64,000 nucleotides of DNA, taken from Octopus sinensis. Its lineage: Eukaryota. The translations under genes were made by a program, and so were the position numbers. This document shows positions 52,056 to 64,000 of this stretch, in pieces (position 1 is the stretch's first letter; every line of letters begins with the position of its first letter). The notes under the pieces were generated by a model. That model did not search any database. It was not told the origin of the DNA and saw only the letters and a list, made by a program, of their open reading frames with translations. The stretch lies in the NCBI RefSeq assembly GCF_006345805.1, contig NC_043008.1, positions 71,982,001 to 72,046,000 on the forward strand, in the 5' to 3' direction.

Positions 52056-54172
52056 ATCGTGATGCTCATCTTCATCACAATCGAGATGATGCAGATAACT
52101 ACAGTAGTCCCTATCGTTATGAACACCATCATCGCCGTTACCATAATCTCCTCCTCCTCCTTTTCGTCTTCCACGTTCTTCTTCCAGCATATAATCAATG
52201 CCTCTTCTCTTACCCATCACATAAGCGCTAATGACATTAGTTACTCGTTTCATCCTAGAGGACACATCCAGCTTGTATTCCTACGTTTTGGTACATTGTG
52301 ACAACTTATCGTTGATGTTCAGTATCTCGAGATCATATCTTACATTCCCTATCCTCACAAAATGCCCCATCTTAAATTTTGCATGATAAACTGGGACAAA
52401 TATGCTTTCACGGCCCTTCTTTTTTTCTTCGTATCTATTGAGGATCAATTATCTACGTGTATGTCAAAATATTTACTAATTAGCCACTTGTCAGTATTGT
52501 TGCATTCGAGAACTACGCTCCCTTCAGCTGCGTCAGTCATGCGCCTGAAGTAATCGGAAGTGTTTCAACCTCAATTATCCCGAGGAAGATATGAAAGGTC
52601 ATGGATATTGGAGTTGATGTAAAAATGAAAATATCTACAACAATAACATCAATCAATAAGAAACAGCACAGTGTATTATCAACAACCGCAAACGTAAATC
52701 GTCATAGCTGTGTTGTTAAATACTTTGCTCTGAAACCGTGTCCTTCTGTGTTCGATTCCATTGCATGTTACTTTGGGCAATTGACTTCAGGTCACAATAC
52801 AACTATCATCTCTTCATCACATTGAGAGGCTCTCTTTCTGCAGTTTCTATATTGGGTTAGTCACCTTGAATAATTCCGAAAAAAGCAATATTTTCAAACA
52901 TAGGTATACCTTTTGGCATTGTTATTAAAATTTTCTGCAAAGTTGTATAAGTTTTCCACCTGAATGACTTCACAAGAAAAGAGTTTTCGTGGTGTGTGCT
53001 GACGACACTCTCCAACCAATTCTGACGTAACCCAGACTTCAGTTATTTCCCCAAAATTCTTCTCCATCAATATTAACATACTCGCTATCATTCAAGTTAA
53101 CACATATTACTATGCAGATATCTATTTTCAAAATTCGTCATTCTTCCGTACTCAGGTGTTAGCTAGAATAATCCTGGACGTCACACACAGCATTGAAATT
53201 ACATCCATAGAAAGGAGCACCGAACGTGATTTAGTTTTCCACGTCTACCTGAGTATATTCAAACATGTATGACATTTTAAAAGTTGTTACAATGCACATA
53301 TTTCATAATCCCTCATATTTCATGTACGACTTCACACAAAAGACATTGCAAAACGTACATTACACTGAAAAAACTAAACATTCAGAGACAGACTACACTA
53401 ACAGAAAAAAATATACTTATATAGACATTTTAACATTATAAAAAATTAATGCACATATCCAAGAACCTTAAAATATATGGGAACTGGAATTTCTCCCTTT
53501 CCCTAACATATGGCGAAGCTATACGTTTTGCAATGTAAGTAAGTTTCATTCCTGGAGTCGAAGTTACAAATTTCTTTTTACGTCTTCTTTATTATATACA
53601 TAAATAAGTTTGTCGTTTCTTACATTGAATTTCAATTCAAGTTTCATTGTTTTGTTTTATATTATGTGGTTAATTAATTTAGATATTTTTATTTTCCATA
53701 CATTTTATTTTTTTAATGAGGAAACACACAGTCTTAGGTCAACAAAGTTTAATTACATTTCAGCTTAAATTTACTATATTTGAAACGTGACATATTGCGT
53801 ACAATTAACTCCAAATAAAGGCAAAATATCATTAATATTGTTCTCTTAAATGTTTCTAAATGTTAATTGAGTTATGAACGAAAACAATGTTATTTACGCA
53901 ACATAGTTATTACAGTTATGACTAACTAGGGTGAGAGACAAAGGTCACACCCAAACAGCGGCATTTCAAAATAAAGCATTATATTCACCTTAGTTCAGGG
54001 GCAACCAGTCTAGTTTCGTCAACGAAGGTTATCAAGATTACAGCACCTTAAACAGTGGTTGAATATTTGCGGCATTAGATACATAAATAGCACATGAACT
54101 GGCACTTATTACAATATATTGTATACATATATTATATGTATGGATGTGTATATGCATGTACTCAATATTATA

Positions 54173-54215
<43 letters not shown>

Positions 54216-56322
54216 GCATATATATATATAAGACAGAGAGAGAGGGGGGAGAGGGAGAGAAATAGAAAGATAGATACATAGATACATGCATACATAAATA
54301 AATATATGGTTGATCCTGTAAACGCTAATACAATGAAATTACAGGATTCTCAATACCTTACTCAGAGAACATGCTTAATATACAGTTACGAGTTCGAGCT
54401 TGATGCATCTCATTACCTAGTAATCAAGAATTTCGAATAGTGAATACAACAGCTCAAAAGCTCAGATTTTCTGCTGAATGCAGGAAATTGGATAAAGTAC
54501 ACAAATATCTCATAAAACTCCGGCACAACCCATACCTTTTTGAGCAGAGCAAGCATTTACACAGATAAGCCAGTGTATGTTACAAGTGCGGAGCCACTTA
54601 TAAATATATACATACATTCAAACTTACATGCATATATTAACACAAATATACATACATTCATACACACATATGAAAGTATGTATGTTTACAAGTATGCATA
54701 CGTATATATGTATTTATGTTCGTATGCATGCTTAAGTACATATAACTATGTATTTATCTATAAAGGTGAAAACTCACATATGCACCTATGTAAATACACA
54801 CGCATATAAATACATAAATAGATGTTTTATATGTACATAAAATACGCATATTCACACATAAACATGGTGACGGACACACACATATACATTGGCATACAGA
54901 TATTCAGATATCTGCATTTGTAGGATATTTTGGTAGTTATGCGAAATTTGGCTCCATCACTTGTTCCATGCGGTAAAACTGCAAATGCGGACGCCAAATC
55001 ATAAGAATTCTGAAATAATTTTTTTATTCATGGAATATATACATTTTAATGGAACAAAAGTTCTGCAGCCATTCTCATAGGATCACACACAAAAATATCA
55101 CGAATTACCAAAACATAAAAGAGAAAAATTTTCTTATTGGGAATAGTTTAAAGAAGAATAAAATATATTTCAATGTTAAACTGTAGAAGATGTTAAAACA
55201 AAACTGAGCATATACATATTGGAATGCGTAATGTAAGGGAACGGAAATAACACAAGATTTTAATCAAATAGCATAATACAACTGTAAGTTTTTGATTTTG
55301 TGTGTAATGAATATGTTTCGCTGCTGGATGAGAAAATTACTCAAATATGCTGATGTCCAAAAACAGATGAAAATAAATCGTCAGTATGGATCATTTAATA
55401 TGTTTTTATTATATGAAAAGAGCAGAGATAAATACAAGCATGTAATATAAGTGCTAGACGAATCCCAATGCTGTGATGAAAATGTGTTATTAACATCAAA
55501 AGAATATAAAGTCTAATAGTGCCAGATTTGAAGGCAAGTAGTCTCACAATTGACAATACCCTTAGTTTTGATGACTATACCGAATTAAAGAACAGAATTC
55601 CGAGTTAAACATCGACAAATCGTTTCATAATATCTTCCACAGACATGATTCTTGTTTGATACTAACTGAAACTGCTATTTCAGTCATTGACAGAGTTATG
55701 ACGTTTTTTGTTGTTCACATATCACAAACGGATCAGCTGGTTACCGCATATTATTTGTACTTTGAACATCTTACGATAATTTCAGACGCACGATGTCTCA
55801 GTCGATGTTATCCAATACATTCTACCGTTTTTATGGAGTTACTTGATGTTTAGACTACTATATATTGCAAATCGACTGGAAGCAGGAAATATAACTAGCT
55901 AGCTTACATTGGCATTTTCTGGACGAAGAAAAGCATCAATTGTTTCCAACAGTATGAGGTATGAAACGAAAAAGAAGACACTTACTTCCAAGTGGTTAAG
56001 TGAGAGTTCATTGTTGTGAAGCAAAAGCTGACAGGGTGTATAAGAGGCAATAAAATAAGCAATAAGCACTGAAAGTAGCTTGATTTATTTTTGTTTTTAC
56101 TGAGAAACACTCTGCTAGCTTGTGTAAGAGTTAAGACGTATACATATAAGCGCTCTCAAACATGAATCTTAATAGAAAAGATATCATACTTCAATGCTGT
56201 ACCCACGTTTTATCTAAATGTCCACGACAGGTGAATATGTATTGTACAAATGAAAGCCTTCATGAAAACATGATTTATACACACCCATGTGTAAAAGAGT
56301 GTTGATATATACACATACTGAC

Positions 56323-56372
<50 letters not shown>

Positions 56373-57165
56373 ATACAAGTTGAGATTAGGTAAAGTGCTG
56401 AAGAATTCCTCATGCAGCACTTAATGATCTCATACTTATGCGTGTGTGCGCGAGATGGCGTATATCTATATGCGTACATACAGACACCCATGCATACATA
56501 CACGTACGCAACATCCACAGGCACCCACACACACTCACGTATATGCACTAGACTGATATCTCGTCACTGAATGTGGCGATTTCTCAAAAACTGTGATAAA
56601 CAAATATTTATTATGAAGAAAAAGTAAATAAGGAAGAAAAGAATCGTGGTGAATAGGGTCGGCTTGAAATTATTTCATGTTGAGCATTTAAGATTGATAC
56701 AGAATAAAGAGTTACGTTTAATTAACGATTGTGACTATATGTGTATGTGTGGGTTTGTGTGTGTGTGTGCACGCGTGTTGTATGTGTGTGTGAGCGTGTG
56801 TGCCTTTGAGTGCATGTGTGCGTTAATGTGTTTGAGTAAATGCATGAAATATAGGTATATTCCACCCTCACGGTACATACATACGTACATAAATACACGC
56901 ACATTTATATGTTGAAAAATAGGAATTATGGTACTACATTTAAGTAGTTGCTTACGAGCGTTTCAGTACTACATGGTAATTGCAATTCGTGAATACATAT
57001 ATCAATACAAAACATGGTTTTATATCACAAAATATTGCTAGCAAAGCATGCCACGTCTCATAAAACAAATTATTAATCTATATACAATTTACACACGCAT
57101 AAGTATTTACATATCGGTATTTTTTCCGATATAGGAGAAGATATGCTTGTATATATATACATACC

Positions 57166-57217
<52 letters not shown>

Positions 57218-57304
57218 TCTCTGTATATATGTATGTATGTATGTATATATACATACATACATATATAAGATCTGGAAGAATAAAAGTCTCTAAATGTATT
57301 CATG

Positions 57305-58835
57305 TGTTGAAATTAAGGGACTCTAAGGCGCAGGAGCATCTTAGAAAGGCTATATGGAGAAGCGGAATTTGATGGAACTTGGGCTCAGTTTAAGACCACT
57401 ATTTACAATGCTGGAGTTGAGGTTCTTGGTCTCAGAAACAGAAAACATCGGGACTGGTTTGATGAAAACGATTTAGAGATCAATAAACTTCTTGAAGATG
57501 AAAATAAGTTGCATCAAAAATACCTCAGTGGCCCAGATGAAGATAAAAAAGCCCTTACTAAAGTCTCTCAACAAGATAAAATCATCACTCTAAAGGACGA
57601 TACGGCAAATGTAAAACAAATGATCGTCGGATATTTCTGAAAAGAACAAGAAAATGTATAACAGTAAAGACTTGAAAACAGTATATCACTTGATCCGACA
57701 AGTGCTTGGTTCACGGTCTTCATTTGTGGTACCATTCAAATCTAACGACAGCTGCTCTCTCTTCAAGGATCATGAGGGTATCAAAAAGCGTTGGAGTGAG
57801 CACTTCACTGATCTCTTTTCTAATCCTTCAGTTATTGATGAATATGTCATCAGGAATCTGCCCCAAAATGATATCATTCATGCGATGATGGAAAATCCAG
57901 CTATAGATGGGATCAAAAAGACAATCAAAGGATTAAATACTGGGAGGGTACCAGGTCTTGACAGCATCCCTGTTGAAATTCTCCTCCAAGCTTGCTGTAC
58001 ATATCCACCATCTAATATCAGGCATCTAGCTGGGTGCTCCTGTTCCCCAGGACTGCGTTGATGTCAATATAATTTCATCGTTCGAAGGAAATAGATCTAA
58101 AACCGAGTGTAGATATTACAGAGGTATAAGCCTGCATGAAATAGTCGGTAAGGGTTTTGCAAATCTTTTACTTCATCGGCTAACAATGTTGATATGATTC
58201 CTCTTTCCTCCCGAAGAGTAAGTGATGTTTTAGATCAAGCCGTAGCACAATATTTTCTACTAGTCAACATCACGAAAATGCTTCGAATATCGCTTGGCTC
58301 TTTATCAGGTATTTGTCGACACTATTAATATGACCATTCTCTGGACCATTCTTGGTAAACTGGATGTCCAACTCAATTTGTCAACTTCTTAAAAACAACT
58401 TCATAGTGATATGAAAGCTTGTCTTAACTTCAGGGTTTCACTATCAGTACAAATTCCCATCAATAACGAAGTTAAGCAAGGTGATATTGCTGCCCCAACA
58501 CTTTTTTCCATATATTTTGCTTTCACTATATTGCACGCTTTCCAAGACTGTGATATCGGCCTCTATATTCGCTTCAGATCACAGGTAAGGTCTTTGATAT
58601 CAAACGCGTTAATGCAAAGTTGAAGACATTCCAGACTCTTGTCCGGGAGCTCATTTTTATGCTGATGATATAGTTCTCGCTGCCTATATGCAGGCTATAT
58701 TGAATCTCTTCTCTAGAGCTTGAGTTGCTTTTGAACTTACCATCAGTCTAAAGAAAACAAAGATCATGTTCTCCCAGCCACCAGGCCAACCTTATGTGGA
58801 ATCTAACATCTTCATACAGAGCACAAAATTAGATG
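57305..58835 (+). pseudogene. Decayed RTE-clade LINE ORF (linker and RT)
   Basis: Fragments WAQFKTTIYNAGVEVLG..RKHRDWFDEND, IKKRWSEHF, PGLDSIPVEIL, VKQGDIAAPTLFSIYF, FYADDI, ISLKKTKIM, with many stops and frameshifts. Confidence 0.9.
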
Positions 58836-59261
58836 GCCTTTGGAAATACATGCACTACTCATTTTTGCCAGCTGAGTATACGCATAGTCATGTACACACA
58901 CACACACACACACACACTCACTTATAACTATATATGTGTATTAACACATCAGCTGTTTTACTTTATTGTATGATATATATGTGTTCTAATTATTTTCCGT
59001 ATTTTCCTTAATTAATCCCTGTCTACATCTACAACTTAGCAAACGAATCTGTCTGTCAATATTCCTGTTCAACAGCTTAAAACTGCGGGCACTAATTTGA
59101 TGCTGAATTAAATCGAAGCGAAACAGTTCATTTAACGAGATACCCTTCAATGCATCAACCGATGAGATGCCTCTGCACCGAGCGACGAACCACATTTAGC
59201 TGTATAGTTTCACACCCATCGTTGTGAGCAGTAATTTTTCTGGTTCATTCCATATTCCTTC

Positions 59262-60107
59262 TCTGTCATATATATATATTATATATATATATATTATATA
59301 TATATATATATATATACATATACACATACATACATATATATACATACATATATATGTGTGTGTATATATAAATACATATATATGCGTATATATATATACA
59401 TATATATGTGTGTATATATATATATATAAACATATATATATATAGATGCATATATACATGTATATATATATATACGTATATATAGATAGATATACATACA
59501 TATACTTATATATGAATATATATATATATACATATATACACTCACACACACTCACACACGCACTCTCATACACGTACGTATGTATGTATGCATGCATGTA
59601 TCTATGAATACATGTAGGTCAAAACAGATTGATTAAAATTCCTTGGTACGAGAAAATTCAAAGAGTGATGCTAATTCACATACGTTGAATATTTGGATGA
59701 GAGATCAGGAAGAGAAAGACAATTGCTATTACTGCAATTGGTCGAGAACGATCAGGTGGTGTCGCAGTCTGAAGTTGTTATTTCAGCGACAATAACAGTA
59801 AATCATGGTCAACAGTAAATCGACCGTGTAGTGGTCAGGAAACTGGCTGCGTGGGGTGAGGAGAAGTAGGAGGGACGATGTCATGTGTACAGGTGCAAGC
59901 ATATACGTATGTGTGTGTGTGTCTGTATTTCTGCGTTTCTGTGTATATGTGCGAAGGTGTACATGTATACATATACATAACTCTCACTCTCTCTCTCTCA
60001 CACACACACATACATATATTTATGTTTGTATGCGTGTATGTAAATGTATATATATATATGTGTGTGTGAGAGTGTGTATTTATGTGTGTATATATATATA
60101 TATATAA

Positions 60108-60138
<31 letters not shown>

Positions 60139-60978
60139 AGTGGGTGTGCGTATGAACGTGTGTGCGCATATAAGTGTGTGTGTACATACATACACACACA
60201 CGCGCGCATATGTATACGGGCGTGCACACTTGTATACGGACTCTAGTTGCATATTTGTATGTATGCATAGGTGAACGCATTTATACGCGTACGTATGTGT
60301 ATATACTGGCGTGAGCCTTAATATTTATGTGTGCATGTATCTATATATAAGCGTACATATATACATATACATGTATATGCACACACACATGAACATTTAC
60401 GCGCACACGCATACACTGAGCACTTGCATGTCCACTAGTCTGTGCAGATGCACATATGTGTACGCGTGTATTATATACATGCTCGTGTGGGTCTGTACAA
60501 GGGGTGTGAGTATGCGGGTAGACAGGCATGAACAAACGCTGGGGATTGATCTTTGGTGATCCTGCTCTAGTGGTCTAATTAATGGCATCGACATCAGTGC
60601 AGGTGTTGGAAGCGACCAGCTGGTACTAAGATCGATTGTCTGGGTTTTCTGTGACCACTGGCTTGAAGTTCACCAGAAGGGAATACCTCTGGTGGCAGCA
60701 ATAGAATAGAACGTATTTCTTGTTGATAGATACTGCCAATTGGTAGAGGATTTTCAGTTTTTCGCGGAGACAGAGCTGGCAATTACGACAGGCAATCACC
60801 AGTCGCTAATCACCAACGTTTCTTTCTGCTTGACTACCTGCATACTCCCGGCTTTTGTACATACTCACACAAGCATATATATATGCGCACACGCACGTGC
60901 ATATCAACACGCTCGAGGGTGGATGTCCTCCCTGTCAATGTGTATGCGTGTTCATTCGTGTGTTTGTGTGTGTGTGTT

Positions 60979-61010
<32 letters not shown>

Positions 61011-61460
61011 CGCACATGCACACACACGCATGTGTGTGCGTTTACATCTATGCATATCCTCATGCACACGAATAAATACGAATGTACACACCAGTAAATA
61101 TACATATGTGCGCATATATATCCGCATACTGTATGCATGCACACAAACATAAACGCTAGTATGAACACACGCGCGCACAACCGTACAAATATGCGCGTGC
61201 GTAAGCATGAACGTACGCACACACTTATACATACGCACAAATACAAATATATACATATAAATAAGTACATATATATACATATATACATATATGTATATAT
61301 ATATACGTATATATATGCATATATATACACACACGCATACACACATATCCATATATGTGTGTGAGTGGATGTGGATGTATGCATTTACACCTATACACAC
61401 ATACACACACATGCATAAATAGAAACACACACACACAGATATTTACACAAACACACACAT
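59262..61460. repeat. Dense field of (TA)n/(TG)n/(CA)n/(TATG)n microsatellites
   Basis: Directly visible. Similar tracts lie at about 2180-2300, 2870-3010, 8110-8260, 23320-23420, 25190-25660, 29300-29580, 31790-32010, 43880-44530 and 61820-62040. Confidence 0.9.
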
Positions 61461-62094
61461 ATATACGTAAATATTATCACATCTACACATCACAGCATCC
61501 CGTGTAACTTCTCATCCAATGCCAAAAAAAACGATTTCTTGGTCACCATGTAGTATTTTCCGAGTAATAGATAATGCTAAAATGCCAACATCATTCTGTA
61601 ACACCATGTGACCTTTCTCAGCGAATCGTAGCACACCATCCGGTTAAACAGTTGACTTTCATTAACTGATGTCTAATTCAAATTTCGAATGGCTGGGGTT
61701 TAGCAACACAGTTTAAATCTTAAAATACCAAAGAATTTTAATCAAACTCTTTTCATTTATATATCTAATGCGCAAGAAACGTCCCTAGTGCTCTTCTTTC
61801 GTTCGTCCACTCACTCGAGAATATATATATACAGACACACAGACACACAATCACACACAAACATGCACACACATTCACGCACTCGCACACACGCGCACGC
61901 ATATACACGTATATATATATATATATATATACACATACACACACACATATATATACATACATACATACATATATATATACATACACACACACACACACTC
62001 ACACACACACATATATATATACACACCCATACATACATGCATATAAATCTCATTTGCAAACCCATATTCTGTCTGTATATCTGTGCACACCTTT

Positions 62095-62325
62095 CAATGA
62101 AATGTATGCCAGACGTTTGGTTTTCAAATCTAACGGAGGCCTCAAGAGGCATTTTAAGTTCCAGAAAGATCAGAACTTATCTGCAGCTCCTGGTGGTTCA
62201 ATTGAATATGCAATGTATGTGGGTGTCTTTTCAAAACATTGTCTGGTTTAAAATGCCACATGTTTCGAAGGTATAAGTACAGGAGGAAGTCAAAGTCTGC
62301 ATAAGGAATAGACAACCGCCATATA
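62095..62325 (+). mobile_element. 3' fragment of an RTE-like LINE (two degenerate C2H2-like fingers) with (TACA)n tail
   Basis: FKSNGGLKRHFK and CNVCGCLFKTLSGLKCHM in shifted frames, followed by ATACATAC repeats. Confidence 0.55.
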
Positions 62326-62346
62326 CATACCTACATACATACGTAT

Positions 62347-62417
<71 letters not shown>

Positions 62418-62694
62418 TATACCTTGTTCGAAGGTTATATGGATACAGTTTGTGTATCAAATAGCTAACTTAAGGTGATGGCCTCATGGAGCTAATAAGC
62501 GGACAGCTTTTTTCTTATTTTTATAAGAATGCCATATTAGTATGGCGATAACTATTATTTTCCGGGAACGCTGCCGCTGTTCTCTTTTAGAGAGACTTAG
62601 TTATTTTAATATTTCTATTATTGAAAACAAGTGGATGTATTCCACCGAAACTAGGTAAATAAAACCATCGAACAGAGATTGTCGGAAGCGACAC

Positions 62695-62765
62695 CTACTG
62701 ACTGGCTACGCTGCATTGAAAAGGGGCAATACTCCGAAACGCGTCTGTAGCTGCCGGTCAAGTAG
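62695..62765 (+). ncRNA. Type I minimal hammerhead ribozyme fold, copy 1
   Basis: Stem I GCTGCA(62710-15)/TGTAGC(62746-51); core TTGAAAA (62716-22, U3-A8 variant of CUGANGA); stem II GGGG/CTCC with loop CAATA; GAAAC (62736-40); palindromic stem III ACGCGT; cleavage triplet GTC (62743-45). Stem I extends as TGACTGGC/GCCGGTCA and CTAC/GTAG. Confidence 0.8.
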
Positions 62766-63055
62766 TGTGGAGCGACTGACCTCCCTTGTTCGAAGGTTAT
62801 ATGGATACAGTTTGTGTATCAATAGCTAACTTAAGGCGATGGCCTCATGGAGCTAATAAGCGGACAGCTTTTTTCTTATTTTTATAAGAATGCCATATTA
62901 GTATGGCGATAACTATTATTTTCCGGGAACGCTGCCGCTGTTCTCTTTTAGAGAGACTTAGTTATTTTAATATTTCTATTATTGAAAACAAGTGGATGTA
63001 TTCCACCGAAACTAGGTAAATAAAACCATCGAACAGAGATTGTCGGAAGCGACAC

Positions 63056-63126
63056 CTACTGACTGGCTACGCTGCATTGAAAAGGGGCAATACTCCGAAA
63101 CGCGTCTGTAGCTGCCGGTCAAGTAG
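63056..63126 (+). ncRNA. Type I minimal hammerhead ribozyme fold, copy 2
   Basis: Identical motif 361 nt downstream of copy 1; predicted cleavage after C63106. Confidence 0.8.
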
Positions 63127-63345
63127 TGTGGAGCGACTGACCTCCCTTGTTCGAAGGTATATGGATACAGTTTGTGTATCAAATAGCTAACTTAAGGCGA
63201 TGGCCTCATGGAGCTAATAAGCGGACAGCTTTTTTCTTATTTTTATAAGAATGCCATATTAGTATGGCGATAACTATTATTTTCCGGGAACGCTGCCGCT
63301 GTTCTCTTTTAGAGAGACTTAGTTATTTTAATATTTCTATTATAT

Positions 63346-63410
<65 letters not shown>

Positions 63411-64000
63411 CTTGTGTGTGTGTTTATTACTTATAAAAGCTCACGTTAATATGGATTTTCTCTCAATGTGCGTTTGCGTTTGTGCGCACGCGTGGTGTGT
63501 GTGTAAAAGTATCCATTCCAATTTGACAGTACAACTTTTTCAGAAACGATAGTATTTTCCACATGAAAGGTAGCTAACATCTATTGAAACAAATTCATTT
63601 CTCTAATTGCTTTATTATAATCTGTTTATTATTTTAGTTTCAATAAACAGAATTAGATAACATTGGACCCTTGAACTGCAAAAAGTAGAAACGATATGTT
63701 ATTATTAAATTTTTCTTTAATGACAGCTGAAATAATTTTAAAAGATGTGTTTTAAAACGAATGTTATTTGCATTGCTCTATTTTCTTTCATTATCTCTTG
63801 ATCACATTAAACAATAATCTAGTTAGCAAGGGAATTTGCTAAGATTAGCTAATCTTTTGCATTTCTGCTTTATATTATTTTCATATTGAATAAACAATAT
63901 TTAACAGAAATAAACACAGAATTCGAATTTTTGTAATGATTTTCGTAACGGATTCTTGTTTCAGCATATTGGCTCTTTTTGTTACAAAAGTTTTAAAAAC

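Larger units (their letters stand above)
62422..63343 (+). repeat. Head-to-tail tandem array, ~361-bp unit x 2.55, hammerhead-bearing (retrozyme-like / Penelope pLTR-like)
   Basis: Units start with CCTTGTTCGAAGG at 62422, 62784 and 63145 (362 bp, 361 bp, 199-bp partial). I see only 3 differences between copies: a T/C at 62476 and two 1-nt indels. (TA)n flanks both sides. Confidence 0.95.

Noticed and set aside
53156-53252. Candidate 97-nt exon (VLARIILDVTHSIEITSIERSTERDLVFHVYL)
   Set aside because: AG/GT bounded but with a weak donor, no homology I recognise and no compatible neighbouring exons.
54928-54975. Candidate micro-exon (YFGSYAKFGSITCSM)
   Set aside because: Too short to distinguish from chance.
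60540-60860. GC-richer block with GVGSDQLVL resembling an APE endonuclease SDH motif
   Set aside because: Single weak motif, with no supporting upstream or downstream LINE sequence.
62422-63343. CRISPR array or satellite interpretation of the tandem repeat
   Set aside because: There are no unique spacers, the context is eukaryotic, and 2.5 copies carry a ribozyme fold.

Overview
AT-rich, repeat-dominated eukaryotic (metazoan) DNA, intronic or intergenic. The repeat families (two tRNA-headed SINEs, RTE LINEs, long TA/CA/ATT microsatellites) resemble those I recall from Octopus/coleoid cephalopods; this taxon call is unverified inference. I cannot support any host protein-coding exon, and most ORFs in the supplied track are microsatellite artefacts. 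Recognisable elements: a young 5'-truncated RTE LINE with a 14-bp TSD (18.6-19.9 kb); fossils of RTE, R4/Dong-like, Tx1/L1-like and Penelope-like retroelements; mariner and MULE transposase fossils; an internally deleted Helitron with both ends; many SINEs; several fold-back/MITE elements. The main observation is a near-perfect ~361-bp tandem array (62422-63343) inserted in (TA)n. Each full unit carries a type I minimal hammerhead ribozyme fold with a covaried U3-A8 core, a palindromic ACGCGT stem III and an extended stem I, i.e. a non-LTR-retrozyme/Penelope-pLTR-like unit predicted to release a 361-nt RNA. Degenerate hammerhead-like motifs occur in at least six other places, including the outer ends of long fold-back elements. 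All structures were folded by eye; no activity is shown. Coordinates of degenerate fossils are approximate.
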